From Hormiphora californensis (taxonomy: Eukaryota; Animalia; Ctenophora): 64,000 nucleotides of DNA. Of this stretch, positions 1-22,627 are shown in pieces. Each line of letters opens with the position of its first letter. Position 1 is the first letter of the stretch. The notes beneath the pieces were generated by a model, which saw nothing but the letters and a program-made list of their open reading frames with translations, was not told the DNA's origin and searched no databases. Where the stretch lies: NCBI GenBank assembly GCA_020137815.1, contig CM035358.1, forward strand, positions 3,286,001 through 3,350,000, in the 5' to 3' direction. The position numbers were made by a program, and so were the translations under genes.

Positions 1-780
1 AGAAGAGTAAACAGATTTTGTAACACATTATTTATTTCTACTTAAAGGAATATGGCAGGATCGATATTCGATACGTACTAGCTATGCCAAACAGTGGTCT
101 ACTCATAATAAAGAGAACTCTAACTTGTTAGTTTAAATAGCTACAGCTCTCACTTATTATAGGGTCCTGCTTGACAAGTGGGGAAATTAAAAAGGGAAAC
201 ATCTCAGCAGCTCGGATCGCTGCAGTAGGGCGACTCTGAAAAGCGGCAGTGGCCAAGTGATCTATTTATACGACTGACCATGACCTCTCACTTCCCGCCC
301 CTCTTCCCACCTTGGCACCCTCCCCCACTACTGCAGCTGCGACCGTCAGTAATTGTCCCACGATGCAGAGGGATGGGTACTGATGGAGTCCCCTAGACGT
401 CTAACGCAGCCTCTTATCAGGATAAAGAGAGAGAGAAAGAGAGAGAGATAGTGAGAGAGATAGAGAGAGAGAGAAAAGATAGGGAGTGGGACATTTAGGT
501 GCCCCGATTGTCTATGATCATAATTAACACTGTATCGCATATATGAAGGGGGCATATAACTTCTTCACTGGTAGGGCGTGACATAAACCGCAATATAACA
601 TGGACCTGCAGACACTGTGCCCGATTCAAATTGAGAGAAAATGACAGCCCTCCCTTAGAGGGGAGGGGGGAAGATGGTCTCGGGAGGTCTGAACGATCCA
701 CAACTTGTAAAGTTGCCATGTTTCAAATATTCGCCCACACCCGAATATGACGTCATCAAATGGAAACAATGTCTCAGCTA

Positions 781-916
<136 letters not shown>

Positions 917-1944
917 TTTAGTACCGGCCCGTGCCATACTGATCTTGACAATGATCCAGGCACTAAGGATGGTGAGAGTGAATTATGAAGGAGCAGTGCT
1001 GAGTCTGACCGTAAGTGGAGGAGCACGCAAGGAGTGGACATGACAGTAATTCAATGCGCCTCCTCTATAAATGCTACGGGTTGTGGGGGTTTTTGGAGGT
1101 TACCCCCCCCCTTTATTTTTTATTACGATGCCAAATTTTTTTCCCCCCCCTTTTCCCCCCTTTTGGGCCCCCCCCCTAATTCGGGTAAAAGAAAAAAGAT
1201 GGAGGGATGGGAAAGGGAGGATTAGGAAAAAGGCCCCCCTTTTTGGGAAAAAAAAAAGAAAAAAGAAGGGGGAAAAAAAAAAAAAGGGAAAGGGGGGGGG
1301 GGGGCTTTTAATGCCCGGGATTTTGCCCATAAAATGACGAATGGGGGGGTTAAAAATGGGGGGCTAAATAAAACCCCCCCCCTTCCCCTTAAAAAATTTC
1401 CCCCCCTTTTTTCCCTTTAAATTTCCCCTCCCGCCCCACAATTGAAAGGGAAATTTTCGCCCCCAAGAGGGGAGTTTCGGGGCCCGGCCCCAAAAAGGGA
1501 CTTTTTTTCCCCCCCCCCCCCCCTTTTTTTTTTCAAAAAAAATTTTTCCCCCTTTCTTTTTTCCTCTCCCCCCTTTTTTTTCCTTCTCGTTCTTCTTTTT
1601 TCCCCTCCCCTCTCCTTTGGTCTTTCCTAGTTTTCTTTTTTTTTTCCCCCTTCCCCTTTTTTGTCCGGGGGCCCCCTCTTTTTGGGGGCCTAAGGGGGGA
1701 ATTTTTGGGAATCAGCCCCTAAGTGGGGAGGAAAGGAGGAAATGACCCGAATTAATTAGGGCCCCCCCCAAAATTAAATTTTTTTTTTAAAGGGGGTTTT
1801 TAATTTTCCCCCCCGGGGGAAAAAGGTTTTAAAGGTTCCAGACCTGAGGTTGATTTTTTGGGGGAAAAAAAAGGCGAGGGGGGGGGCCCCTCCCCCCCGT
1901 GCGGGAAATTACAAAAAATTTTACTGTGAATGATTCGGCCTTTA

Positions 1945-4900
1945 ACAGAAGCTGCTAGACAATGGAGAAGAGGACAAAATGACGTCGAAAGATACCCATT
2001 GTTACAGCCTAGCACTCCTTTATACGTCATTTGCTACATTGTTCCAGCTTGTAGCGAAAAGGAAAAAAACTACGCTCCGTTCTGACCCACTAATTACGTA
2101 ACAGGTAAAATACTAGGTGGGATGTGGGGGGTAGGAGCTACAACACTGAGAATGTCATTTTTTCTGGGTTACAACTGTAATTTTGTATACATAATTTTAC
2201 TAAATCTTCTTTGAGCACAATGGGGGGACTCAAAAATTTCAAGGTCTCGGGGGGGGAGTATAATTGGGTTGCCATGGTACTAGAGGTCGTATAGTTGTGG
2301 GGCAAAAACCCTTGGGTTGCAAAATGTGTGTCAATTAGAGGGGTTATGACTCAGTATAATAATTCCTCCCAGGACCTAGAGATCTCTCTATTCTTCGATC
2401 CCTCAATGAAGGGTTTGGGTTTCACGTCATTACAGTAACGTTGGCACTGCCTAACATTTTTTATAACATCAGGCAGTTTTCTCAGGAAAAAAAACAAAAA
2501 CATTTACTACTGGCATCGATGCAATTATTAACTGTAAAGAATGGAAACAAAGGTAAAAAAAGGAAAAAAAAAAAAAAAAAAAAGGGGCCCAACTAAAAAA
2601 CGACTTTAAAATTTCCCCCTTAATTTTTTTCCTTTTTTTCTATTTTTTTCCTAATTGGGAATCGAAAAAACGTGGAAACTGGGTTCATTTAAAAATTGGT
2701 TTTTGGGGGTCGGGGCCCTCCTTTCTTTGGGTTTTCTGTTTTCTTTCTTTTTTGTCCTCTTTTGTTTTTTTAATTTCCCGGGTTTCCCGGGTTTTTTTTT
2801 TTTTCTTTGGGCCTTCTAATTTTTCTTGCCCCTTTTTTCTTTGGTTTTCTCTTTCTTCCCTTGTCCTCCTCTCCCCTGTCCTCTCTCTCCACCATATATA
2901 TAGCCCCTTTCCCTCTTATTATTCTCCTCCTCCTTTACCCCTGATAGGCTTAATGGCCAATGGGACAGATTCTGGTATCTATGACATGGCCAAGTTGTCG
3001 GGAGGAGTATTGGACAGATCACCAATAAGGAATGTAGTAGATATAAGGGTCACAAATTAAAAAGGAGGGACGGTATAAAAGCAAGGGTTTTACATTTTTC
3101 CACACACACAGAAGAAAGTTCCCCCTTCTCCCTCCTGTTTTGGAGTATTGGGTTTTCCCCCGGGGAGGGTAAATTTGCAGTGACGAATTGGGGGAGTTGC
3201 GTAGGGAAGAGGGTTCGTTTGTTTGGGACATGAAATTTTAAAAGAAGCAATAAGCCCCTCAAGTGGTCTTCAACTTGAAAAATACCCAGAAAATTGAGCA
3301 ATCCAGACCTAAACACAAGTCTAATATGGTAGAAATGGGCATTGTAAGGATAGCTGCAGTCGATCTATAAATACTGCCGATACTCTCCACCCCCCTAAAC
3401 AGATTTCTGCAAATGGTTATCGAGTTAGGCACGCACCCCTGAAACATTGGTGATCTGTCTATGTGTGCAGGGGCCATATAGTTGGGTACTAGAGGGTATA
3501 GAGAGAGAGAGAGCTAGGGGAGGGAGAGAGAGAGAGATCTGAGATCACGACCAAGATCCTCCTACGCCAGGGTTTGTGGTGTCGGAGTTTAGGGACTCGT
3601 CAGAAGAAACCCAGGAATGGAGACACTACCCGGGGAGACATCTAAAAAGGGGACCGACACCAAACATCAATCATGTGACCGACCCCAAAACTCGGGCCAA
3701 CAACTTCACTCAATTCAGTGTTCAGCTAAAATCCAGAACAATCTGCTAAAGTGCTCTAGACTTAAAACCAAGGGATCTAGAGGTCAGAGATTAGAAGAAT
3801 TGAGAAAGACCAATGGGGGGTGGGGGTAGGTAATGTGCAATGCAGAACAAGCGTACAAAAAGAGTATGTAGGAGTATGTGTGTGTGTGGTTTAAAATAAT
3901 GGTTTGAACACAACCTGGCATAGGATATATTGTTAGGTTAAATTGAAACAAGACAAGGCACAGCAAAAGAGGATCCTTAAAATTTGGGGGGGGGGGGGGA
4001 AAAAAAAAGTTCCCCCCAAAAACCTTTGTTCCCCCTTTGGCCCTTTAATTTGGGTTAAAAGGCGCTAGCAATGGAGAAGAGGAAAAATGACGTCAAAAAG
4101 TCCCATTTTTAAGCAGATCTTTTGTCATTTGCACATTGTTAAAGAGCGAAAAGGGGAAAAGCAAAACTCGGCCAGTACGACCCACTATAGTTAGTACGGG
4201 TGGGAGCGGGGTCCCGTGGGGGGTAGGAGTTAAAAACCCACGTGAGGAGTCATTTTATCGGGTGTTAAAAACTTGTGATTTGATACAGTAATTTTTGAAC
4301 CCTCTGAGCAACAATGGGGGGACGTCTTTGGGCCAAGAGTCACCGGGGGGGGATCAAATTGGGTTGAATGGTAACTGGGGCCAGTTTAGTTGTTCAAAAC
4401 CTTTGGTTTTGCCAACGGTGTAAATTGGGGGTTTAGATCAGTATATTCCTCCCAGGACCTGGATCTTCATGATCTTTTTCCCCTCAAATGAAGGCTTGGT
4501 TTTTGGCCATTTTGAGCTGAGTAGACGAGGTCGCGCAGCGCCCAATCGATTACATCTAGGCCCCCGGGCGCGTTATTGATTTAGGCAACTTTTTCAAAGC
4601 CTGGCGGCAAGGAACTAGAACCGATTTGCTTTCGTTTTTTTGCTCTGGCGAAAATTGTCTCTATTTTAGGAAAATACCGGAATTCAGCATTTGAGGAATA
4701 GGGGTAAAATTGACGTAAACATGAGCAATTTTAAGCCCTGGCGAAAGCTCCACTCGGCTGGGAAATTGCGGGTTTGGGGAATCGTCATGGCCTTGGGATT
4801 TGGGGGAAAAATCCCCGCGAACACAAAGTCCCCAATTGGGCGGTAATTTGGGTTTTTGTAGTGTATGTCGGCAAAAAAAATCCCTGTAAAACCAGTATAT

Positions 4901-6610
4901 GCGCGCGATTTGTAGTCCCACCCCTTTGAAAAGTGTTTTAATCGCGCGCCGGGTTTTGGGTCCAAGGGGGGGGTTTCTTCGGGAGGAAAATAGGTTGCAA
5001 GGACCCCTTTGGTTTCCGTCATTTTATCAGTAATAATCTCGATAGTCCCAAAACGTGTTAGTAACACAGGCAGTTGTCTCTACGGAAACAAAACAAAAGC
5101 AGTTTACTATAACTGAGCAGTGAGGCCAATTAAGAAAGAATGGAAAAAAAAAGGTAAAGGGAAGGGGGCCAACAAAAACAAAACTACTAAAACCCAAAAC
5201 CTAAAATAAAAAAAACAAAACACTAAAACTCAAAACACTAAAAAACACTAGGTATTGGGAAATGTACTTAAACAGTGACTGCAAATTTCACGCCCAACAT
5301 TGGAGGGGGGAAAGGATATTCCCCCTTGACCCTTTTTCCTGTTTCCCTTTTCTATCGGGTTTTTTCTGTATCCCTCTCTTCTTCTCTTTTTGTGTTGTCT
5401 GTGGTGCCTCTCTGTTTTGATGATCTGATTAGGGGTGGGGTTGGTTGGAAATAACAAGGACAAAAAAAAGGGGGCGGGGGGTTAGGATATGGTGAGAAAA
5501 GGGGGAGAGGGAGCGAAACTGACGTGGGAGGGAAATGGGTGGTCGTTCCCCTTGCAGTCTCTTTTCTCTTTTCCCCCTCTCCTCCTCTCCCTCCTTTCCC
5601 ACCAATTCTCTTTCCCCCCCTTTAATCTATCTCTTCTCTCTTTATCGTGATGGCGCGGCCGGGGGAAGTCCTGGTATTATGACAGGGCCCAAGTTTGGGG
5701 GGGGGGGGAGTAGGGCCCAGATCACCAAAAAGGGAAAAGTAGTAGTAAAATTTGCGTCAAAATTTAACAAGGAGGGGGGGGGGGGTAAAGAGAGGTTACT
5801 TTGTTCCCCCAAAAACACGGAAGAGGGTTCCAGTCTCCCCCCCCTTTTGGAGATTGGGGTTGCCCGGGAGGGTGGGATTGCAGGAGAATTGGGGGGTTTT
5901 TGTAAAGGGGGGTTTTGCTGTTTTTGGGCATTAAATTTTCAAAGTATAGCAACTAGAGTCCCTCAACTGGTCTTCAACTTGAAAAAAAATCCAGAAAACG
6001 AGCATCGTTCCCGCTTTATCAGGAGAAAGGGATTTTGATAGCTGCGTCATTATAATACTCCCATACTTCCCCCCCCCTAAAATTTCTGAAAAATGGTGTC
6101 GAGTTAGGCAGCCCCCCCTGAAATTTTGGGTGTTGTTATTGTGCGGGGGCCCATATTTTGGGTACTAGGGTTGGAGAGAGCTAGGGGGAGGGAGAGAGAT
6201 GGGAGATCTGAGATCACTACCAAGATCCCTCCTACGCAGGGTGTCGGAGTTTAGGGATCTGCGTCAGAAGACAGACGGGAGACACTACCCCGGGAGACAT
6301 CTAAAAAGGGACCGACAACAACATCAATCACTTGAACCCGACCCAAAATCACAACTATCGGGCCAAATCATCAATTCAGTGTTCCTGCCTGCAGCTATAC
6401 TCCCACCATCTGCTCAAGTTGCTCTAGATTCAAACAAGGGATCTAGAGAGAATTGAGAAACCAACTGGGGTGGGGGTAATTTGCATATGCAGAAACAGCG
6501 TACAAAGAGTATGTGTAGGAGTATCATGTGTGTGTGGTTTAAATAATGTTTGCACCACCTGGATATATGGATCATATTGTTTAGGTAAATTGAAACCAAG
6601 ACAAGGCAAA
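1945..6610. repeat. Degraded tandem segmental duplication (copy A ~1945-3970, copy B ~4060-6610)
   Basis: Collinear matches include gctagacaatggagaagagga (1953 / 4064), ttcctcccaggacct (2363 / 4446), ctgagatcac..ccaagatcc (3539 / 6208) and ggatctagag (3773 / 6439). Both copies are error-rich. Confidence 0.8.
4503..5006 (+). mobile_element. Degraded copy of the composite non-autonomous DNA element at 25874-26416
   Basis: ttggccat..gaggtcgcgcagcg..acatctaggcc..caaggaacta..cagcatttgaggaatag..ggggaatcgtcatggcctt is collinear with 25874-26416. It is absent from the paralogous site at ~2415. Confidence 0.8.
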
Positions 6611-7377
6611 TTGCAGAGAGAATTGAATTGTTCATACGGAGCACGGAAACAGTGTCAAGCGACTCAAAGAGAGAATGGATGTGGTAGATCTATACAGCTA
6701 TCTACTGGATGTGGTAGCAAGATCTATACAGCTATCGACTGGAGAGATATTGTAGTTGGAAGTGCTGGAACAATAGATCAGTCTCACTACCTGCAGTAGG
6801 TTCATGTCCGGCTCTATATTTATACACTGCTCCAGTAGTAGTGCGTCATGTTGTGCAACACTTGGTAATATAGTGCCAATTAGTTAGTTTAGTAATAATT
6901 ACCGAGAGAGAGAGGCGCTATAGGTGAGGTGAGGTCATGACCCCTTTCAAAAACGGTGCGTAATACTAAAGGGACAGCTGCAGTATGGGGAACAATGGGA
7001 GGCCCCACTATGCTGCAGCTGGGGGTAGATTATCGCCAATTTAAGGACAGCAGGCCCCCTCTATAGCTTGCCAAAAAGCCATTCGGTAATCCATAGCATG
7101 ATATCGTTCAAAACAATGATCATTTGGTAATCTATAGCTGTACTCTATCGAAACACAATGACGTACAGAGAAGAGGGAGACCCCAGGGAGACTAACGTGC
7201 TAAACTTGTGACCTCTCCTGATTCCCTCTCTCTCTACTGGATTTCTGCTCCTTTATACAAACATAACTAGGAAACACAACATCCGGAAAAACAGGGAAAT
7301 CAAACGATAATTGCTACTCAGCAAGCAAATCTAAACAAGTGTCATTTTAATTGTGATAAACTAGTTTTCTCTCTCTC

Positions 7378-7443
<66 letters not shown>

Positions 7444-7671
7444 TCTCTCTCTCTCTCTCACTCTAAACAGTTACAGTCTATCCATGGTTCATGCAAAACG
7501 CGGGCCCGCCACATTATTACGAACATATTATACTGAGTGAGAGTAGTAATAAGCAGTGCAAATGTTTAAAATAGTACCTGCAGGCTGCAGACTCTCCTGA
7601 TGCCCATCGTCTAGGCGTAAATTTGAGAAAGAATGTCCCAGGAGCTAATTAGGACAAGGTGGAGAGAGAGG

Positions 7672-7744
<73 letters not shown>

Positions 7745-8683
7745 AGAGAGTACCACAAGCTTGAAAACATAAGTGCAATGTATTAAAAACTAATCAATTA
7801 GTTAATCCCAGTGGTCTCCTAATTAGAAAGGATCACGCCTAAACCCGGAAACAATAAATCTCGCCCCCTCCTGGGACCTGAAAGAAACAGGTTTTACAAG
7901 ACACAGAAAGATCCCGCGAGCGAAAATAGTTATAGCCAGCAACTACATACATGCGGCCCTGCATGTGTAACCGGCCCATAGTTGAATCAACGCTAGACCA
8001 AGATAGTACAGAGTTAAATTCGTTCCAACAGACAATGGAATACGGATTATTAAAAGGGGGGTTGGGCCAGAAGTCGTAATTTGGCTGGACTTAGATTTGT
8101 TATGTTCAAACGGAGCGCACGGAAAGAGGGTCGAGCAAGGCAATCTCAAGGTTCGATATGCCAAGCATCAAACGAGTGTCATGGCAGGGAACTCCAAATT
8201 AGGCTATCCAAAGAAAATTGCCTTTATGAACAACCAACAGCTAGTGAATTCTTAACACTCCAGAAGTTTAAATAGTTTTTGTAATATTTATAGTTGCTAA
8301 GTGTGAAGACGTCAATGTGATCATGACAAGCAGAGACCTGATGATAGAGAGAGATAGAAAGTATGTTCCCTCCTAAAATATCTATATATTTACCATTCCA
8401 ATATATAAGCGTGAGTAGTTGAAAGTTATAAACGGTCAATTGACTGGATATTCCCACACACCAGACGTGAGATAGAAGGTACGTCACATTGCTTGTGCCC
8501 CCTACTACTAGACACTGTTTAGTGAGAACGAGACAGAGTGAGAGAACGATAGAGAGAAAGAGAGATAGAGAGGTAGAGTGAGAGGCCAGGATGGGAAAGT
8601 ATGTGAGAGTGAGAAAATTTGTAAGGGAGCGGTTTTCCAGTGGACATTGGCCAGACGTGAACAAGCTAAACACATTGGAGAGG

Positions 8684-8799
<116 letters not shown>

Positions 8800-8838
8800 T
8801 AGATAGATAGATAGAGCGAGAGAGAGAGATGGGGGGGA

Positions 8839-8897
<59 letters not shown>

Positions 8898-9128
8898 TTG
8901 TGAATACTAGCTGAAGACGTAATTGCAAATGCAGACGTGTAGTAGTATGCGGATGGGACAAAAACTTATGAATACTGGGAAAACTCAGTTGTAACTCACA
9001 AGCTATTAACGTAACATTATCGTCACTACAGAGCTCTACAACACTTTCCCAGTGATATCTCGACAGAGTAGAACCACCAGTGAACAATCATCTCAACTAC
9101 TCTCCCCCCGGTTTTAGTGACCTCACAT

Positions 9129-9334
9129 TATATGAGGTATAAACTCTGGCCACTGGCGCGTTATTTCAGATAACTTTCTCCCAGCGCGCCGCTGGGAGAA
9201 GTTAGCTGAAGTTTATCCGCCGCTGGCGGATAAACTGGTTTAAATCACGACGACGATCCCGAGGCGGAGCCGAGGGAGAGGCGGAGGGGTTTAAACCTAT
9301 AACGTGCCAGTGGTCAGAGTTTATAGGTTATATA
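9129..9334. mobile_element. Small palindromic non-autonomous element (MITE-like) with internal hairpins
   Basis: Inverted arms tataaactctggccactggcgcgtta (9138) and taacgtgccagtggtcagagtttata (ends 9325). Internal palindromes: ttctcccagcgcgccgctgggagaa and gtttatccgccgctggcggataaac. TATA flanks. Confidence 0.7.
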
Positions 9335-9832
9335 CCCTGCTTTAGTTGTTTATTTCAAGTATTACACACCAACAAGAGAGAGAACACTAATCAAAACACT
9401 CAAAGAGGACTGAGAAATAGTTAAAACACCTCACAATTGAGTGTACACTGTTTGGTAACAGTTACTAAGCAGTTGCTAAGGAAAGAGAGTGAAAGAAATA
9501 GCCTGATAAGGGGCATGTCACACATAACACAGAGGAAGAGATAGTGAGACAAAAGGGGAGATAAAGAGAGAGTAATTGACGGAATGTGTCCTTTCTTTCT
9601 CTCCAATGTAGTGTGTAAGTGTTGCACATAGTGTTCCCTCTGTATTTCAGTAAGAACTGATCATTTACACACACTTTGAATGTTCAAAATAAATAACCTG
9701 CCAGTGGGAAATAATCTGCCGCTGGACTGGCTGTTTATTGAGAGCGCGCTAGTGGGACTGGCGGGTTATTTAAGTTAGCAGGGTATATATCTACCTCACC
9801 ATACAGTGTGCATAGAAATATTCCAGGGAGAT

Positions 9833-9926
<94 letters not shown>

Positions 9927-10674
9927 AGAGGGTGAGTGAGAGAGAGAGAAAGAGAGATGACCCTCCCTCACAGAATAACCCGAATATCTTATAGTGCTCC
10001 ATGTCTAGGAAACTAACAACAAGTGGGATCAGTTATCTGGACCTGGATTACACGATGGGACATCGATAATAGCAAATGGCCGATTGGTCGTGGAAATATT
10101 CCCCCTATGCTTGGGTATGAACGAGAATCACCATGGATAATTTGTAGGTACGAACTAAGGGGTTTCCTGCTTGATTCTTAGAAAAACAACTTACTTGCCA
10201 AGAAAAACTGCCACCATTATAGTTTTCATGTTTTTAGGATGAGCAATGAGCATGGGATGAGCATCTGTGCAACCCAATATGGGGTATCAACAGAACTTCT
10301 TCTCCTTCACTGAAGTACAAAAGGTTATGTTAGGTTGGTGCGGTATCAAATAAAAAGCAATAAACTAATGAATAACGATGAAATTTGTCAGGAAATGGCG
10401 TACCTTGGATATGACAAATGGTAGTTGTCAGGAACCAGTACGAGCTGGTATTATCAGACCCAGTTGTAGGGTAGTACATAACACTTCCTCTATCGGTGCA
10501 GTAGGGGAACATTGTCCTTTTAGATACCATCTCTGTATAACGCTACAAAACACAGGTGATGTTAGATGTTAGGACTTAGGAGGGGTGGGTAATTGGGACA
10601 GTTTGGAAAACTCGTGAATTTCAAGAAAAGATTAAACATCTAAAACACACACAATACATTCAAGACTCCACTGT

Positions 10675-18961
<8,287 letters not shown>

Positions 18962-19925
18962 GTTTTCAGTGTGTCAGTTACTAAGTGTGAGCTCCCCCTC
19001 TCTCTCCGTCCTGCTTTTAAAACCCCATCACATGGGAATCCACCACCCCCTGATTCTGCCCCCTCCTAGATCACATTCCAGCCCCCTTCAATCGGCTATT
19101 TCATCGTGGGGGCGTGGTTCCGAGGTGGGATTCTCGTGTGATTAAAAACACGTCGATTTCTCAAGTGCTATTAAGTTGAATAACAACAACTCTAGCTGCG
19201 ATAACTCCATTTGGGGCGTGATCTTCATTACACATTACACAACAATTCTCCAGCTTGTATAACAATTAGATCTATCTCTCTGTGGAGGTGGAGCTTTGTT
19301 ATGTTCTAACCCTCCTTTACAGGTTCGAGCAAGGCAAGTGGAGCTAGTTCGCTTCTGTATTTCTAGTTTGTATCTTCCTGAAAGTAATGAGTGAATGAAA
19401 CTGAAACCATTCGGCATCGTAAATGGGCGGGATTGTGAGAAAATCATCAATAACCACAATTTAAAACTGAGTTAACTAATAAAATAAATTTAGTTACAAC
19501 AAATTGGTAGGCACAAAAAGGGCACACAAATATTGAATATTGTCACCCAAGAACAGCTAAAACACTTTCAGTTCTCCCTAACATCTTTCTTACTCTAGAA
19601 CTCTCTAGTCTTCTATTCCTCATAAAATGTAGTTTCAACAATTACTGACAGTTAAAATGTCAAAGATTTCGTCGTCACAATTATGTCATGTTCAATTTAC
19701 AAGAAAACATTTATATCAGCTTTGAGGGCAGCCTCTACACTTTACTGTCTCTTCTTGTCTCTTTACCATCATTCCATATTTCCTAAACTCCATGAAATGA
19801 ATTATGTCGTTCAAGAAACTGGCAATTCTAAAAAATCCTGCTTATTCCCAACAGGCAGCTCTAGAATATCCTTCCTGTTCTCTCAAGAAAATCCAGGGTG
19901 CATCATTGTCCTTTGCTGTCTCTTT

Positions 19926-21635
19926 CTATTCTTTACAGATATCATCATCACTCCTTGTATCAAGGGATGCCAGCACGACACTAGCACTATACTTGCTGTT
20001 AATGGAAGTATTGGACATCACTGACTCGCCCATACCACTCTGGTGATCGCTCATAGCAACCCCTGAATCTCCCTCATTAGGCAGTCCACCATTGGCGAGG
20101 GCTGGTGTGCTCTTACTCAAATCCTTCCCCTCCTTCTTACTCTTTCCTGTCAGCTTCGCTTTGAACTTCTTGAACCTGAACTTCTTCTTCTTCTTCCCTC
20201 CATCAAGAGAGGTGGTAGAGGTAGCGGGGAAGGCAGAGAGGTTGTTAGTCGAGCCAGAATAGTTATCATCTCCGTCTGAGAACACAGCACTCTCACTGAT
20301 TAGAGGGGCTGGTTGGGGCGTTGGGGGTGGCATGGCGGCTGCTGTGTTAGGTGTTGTAGGGTTGGTGAGGAGGATCATTGGCACTGCTGAGGCGTGATCC
20401 TCCTTAGTAACCACCTCATCCTCCCTAGTAACCACTGCATCCTCCCTAGCAACCACCTCATCCTCCTTAGCAACCACCTCATCCTCCCTAGTAACCACAT
20501 CATCCTCCCTAGTAACCACATCATCCTCCTTAGCAACCACCTGATCCTCCCTAGCAACCACATTCTCAGCCACTCTGTTGACCTCCTCATCTTCTGGTGT
20601 CATGGGTGGAGCAGTTGGTTGTTCTACTGCTACAGGTTCTACTGCTGCTGCAGGTATCTCAGGTTCTAACACCTGTTCCACAATGACAGCAGCAGCAGGT
20701 TCAGTAATGACAGGTTCAACAGCAGCAGGTTTGACAGGTTCCACAGCAGCAGCAGGTTCAACCTGCCTCTCAGGTTCTTCTGTCACTATGACAACGGGAG
20801 GTATAGGTGTGACAACATCCTGTATCACACTAGGTACTGGTGTATCAATATCCCCCTCATCTAGTTCAGGTTCACTTCCTACTACTAAACTAGCAGGAGG
20901 TTCCGGTTCTAAGTCCTGCAACTGTGCCACTCTATCATCAGCTGCTATCACTGTTTCAGGAGTCTCTGATAGACTGACCCCAGTAGATGATACAACTGAT
21001 TCTGAAGCAAGGTGTCCTTCCAGATCATTCAGGACTGCCTCCTCATCAAGTTGGGTAGAGTACTGACTGGCCAGATCACTCCATTTAGCTTGTTCTACAA
21101 CCGAGCTAGTGTCGTCTATTGGGGCTGATAGGGAACCATAACCCTGATCCGCTTCATTCACCCCCTGGATCGGGCTTCCTTCCTGTGGGGAAATATTGGG
21201 GATTAGGATTTTTATCTTTTGATAAGTTTAAAAATAGCGCAAGTACAGCTGGGAGACCCATTATACCGTATTGGGAGGATATGAAAATATGAAAACTGAA
21301 CTTTTCTTGATTAGAACAAGGTAACTACTTGTCTCGCCGGCTATAATAAGAGGGGCTAGCAGCCAGTTGTTAGCGAGAGGGGAAGGGCAGGGGCTCTGGA
21401 GAGGAGAACATGAATGGTATGGGGAGGCGAGAGAGGGGAGGGTAGGGCTGGAGAAGAAAGGATGGCAGGATAGGATGGGAGAGAAAAAATGAACAGATCA
21501 GGGGTTATCGATCTTCTAGAAACATACCGCTTCACACTCCTCCCCAACATCTTTATCTCCGTTGAAGGTGGGACGTCTGAAGCAGCACAACGTGTAGAGA
21601 CACGGTGAGAATGAGAGGATTGAATCTGTTGCCAT
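19926..21635 (-). CDS. Acidic, Pro/Glu/Ala-rich disordered protein with N-terminal Cys cluster (LCCFRR), 7-aa VV(A/T)(R/K)ED(E/D) repeats and a MARCKS-like basic domain (2 exons, ~454 aa)
   Basis: Exon 21635-21528 (MATDSILSFSPCLYTLCCFRRPTFNGDKDVGEECEA|gtatgt) splices in phase 0 to 21182-19926 (cag|EGSPIQG...). The basic stretch KKKKKFRFKKFKAKLTGKSKK is at ~20132-20195. Confidence 0.8.
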
Positions 21636-21873
21636 GGTGACGTCACTGTTTACATAATGATGGGGCAGCTGCTGGTGAGAGGGGGATTTTGATTAAACTT
21701 GGGGGGTTTATTGATCCAAATAGAGATGGAGGAGAGATTGTTGGCAAACACATTTGGCAGGGCAATGAATGGGATTGTTGTGACACATTCTGACAAAGGA
21801 AGGGAGAAACATAGCAGCATGAACAACAGAGAATATAATAATGGGCATACTGAGAGATGGAAGGAGGGAGAGA

Positions 21874-21923
<50 letters not shown>

Positions 21924-22405
21924 ATTTTATTGAATTTAGGATCACACTGCATGTGTCTGTCAACAGATATGAATCAAACCTATCACTCTCCCCCTCTCGC
22001 TTTCTCTCTCACTTCTCTCTCTCTTTCTATCTATCTCTATCTCTATCTCTCACGCATGATGACAAAATCTGACAAAGCCTTGCAATACCTACGGCGCCTA
22101 AAATTTCACAAACATGTTTCACACACTACAGCAAGAATAGTTTGGAATGTGTACTCCTAGAGCAGCGTGTGGTAACATCTGTTGCGGGGCGGGGACTACG
22201 GAGAGGGGAGAGAGACGGAAAGAAATAGAGGCACCAGGAGGGAGACGGGAATTGAAGAGTGCTTGTTCTGGAACGAGACTCGAGAGCTATAGGACTGGAG
22301 AAGGAACGGGAAACTGATTAGAAGTCGACACTCGAAAAACTCGGAAATGTAGAGCTCGGCTTTTCTCAGTTAATATTTGTCATTAGTTAACTTCTCTTGC
22401 TATTT

Positions 22406-22456
<51 letters not shown>

Positions 22457-22501
22457 TCTCTTCTCTCTCTCTCTCCTCTCTACTCTCTCTCTTCTCTCTC
22501 T

Positions 22502-22535
<34 letters not shown>

Positions 22536-22538
22536 TCT

Positions 22539-22627
<89 letters not shown>

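Noticed and set aside
9990-10535. Possible small minus-strand exons downstream of the lectin-peptide gene
   Set aside because: Splice-like sites exist, but I could not assemble a consistent reading frame.
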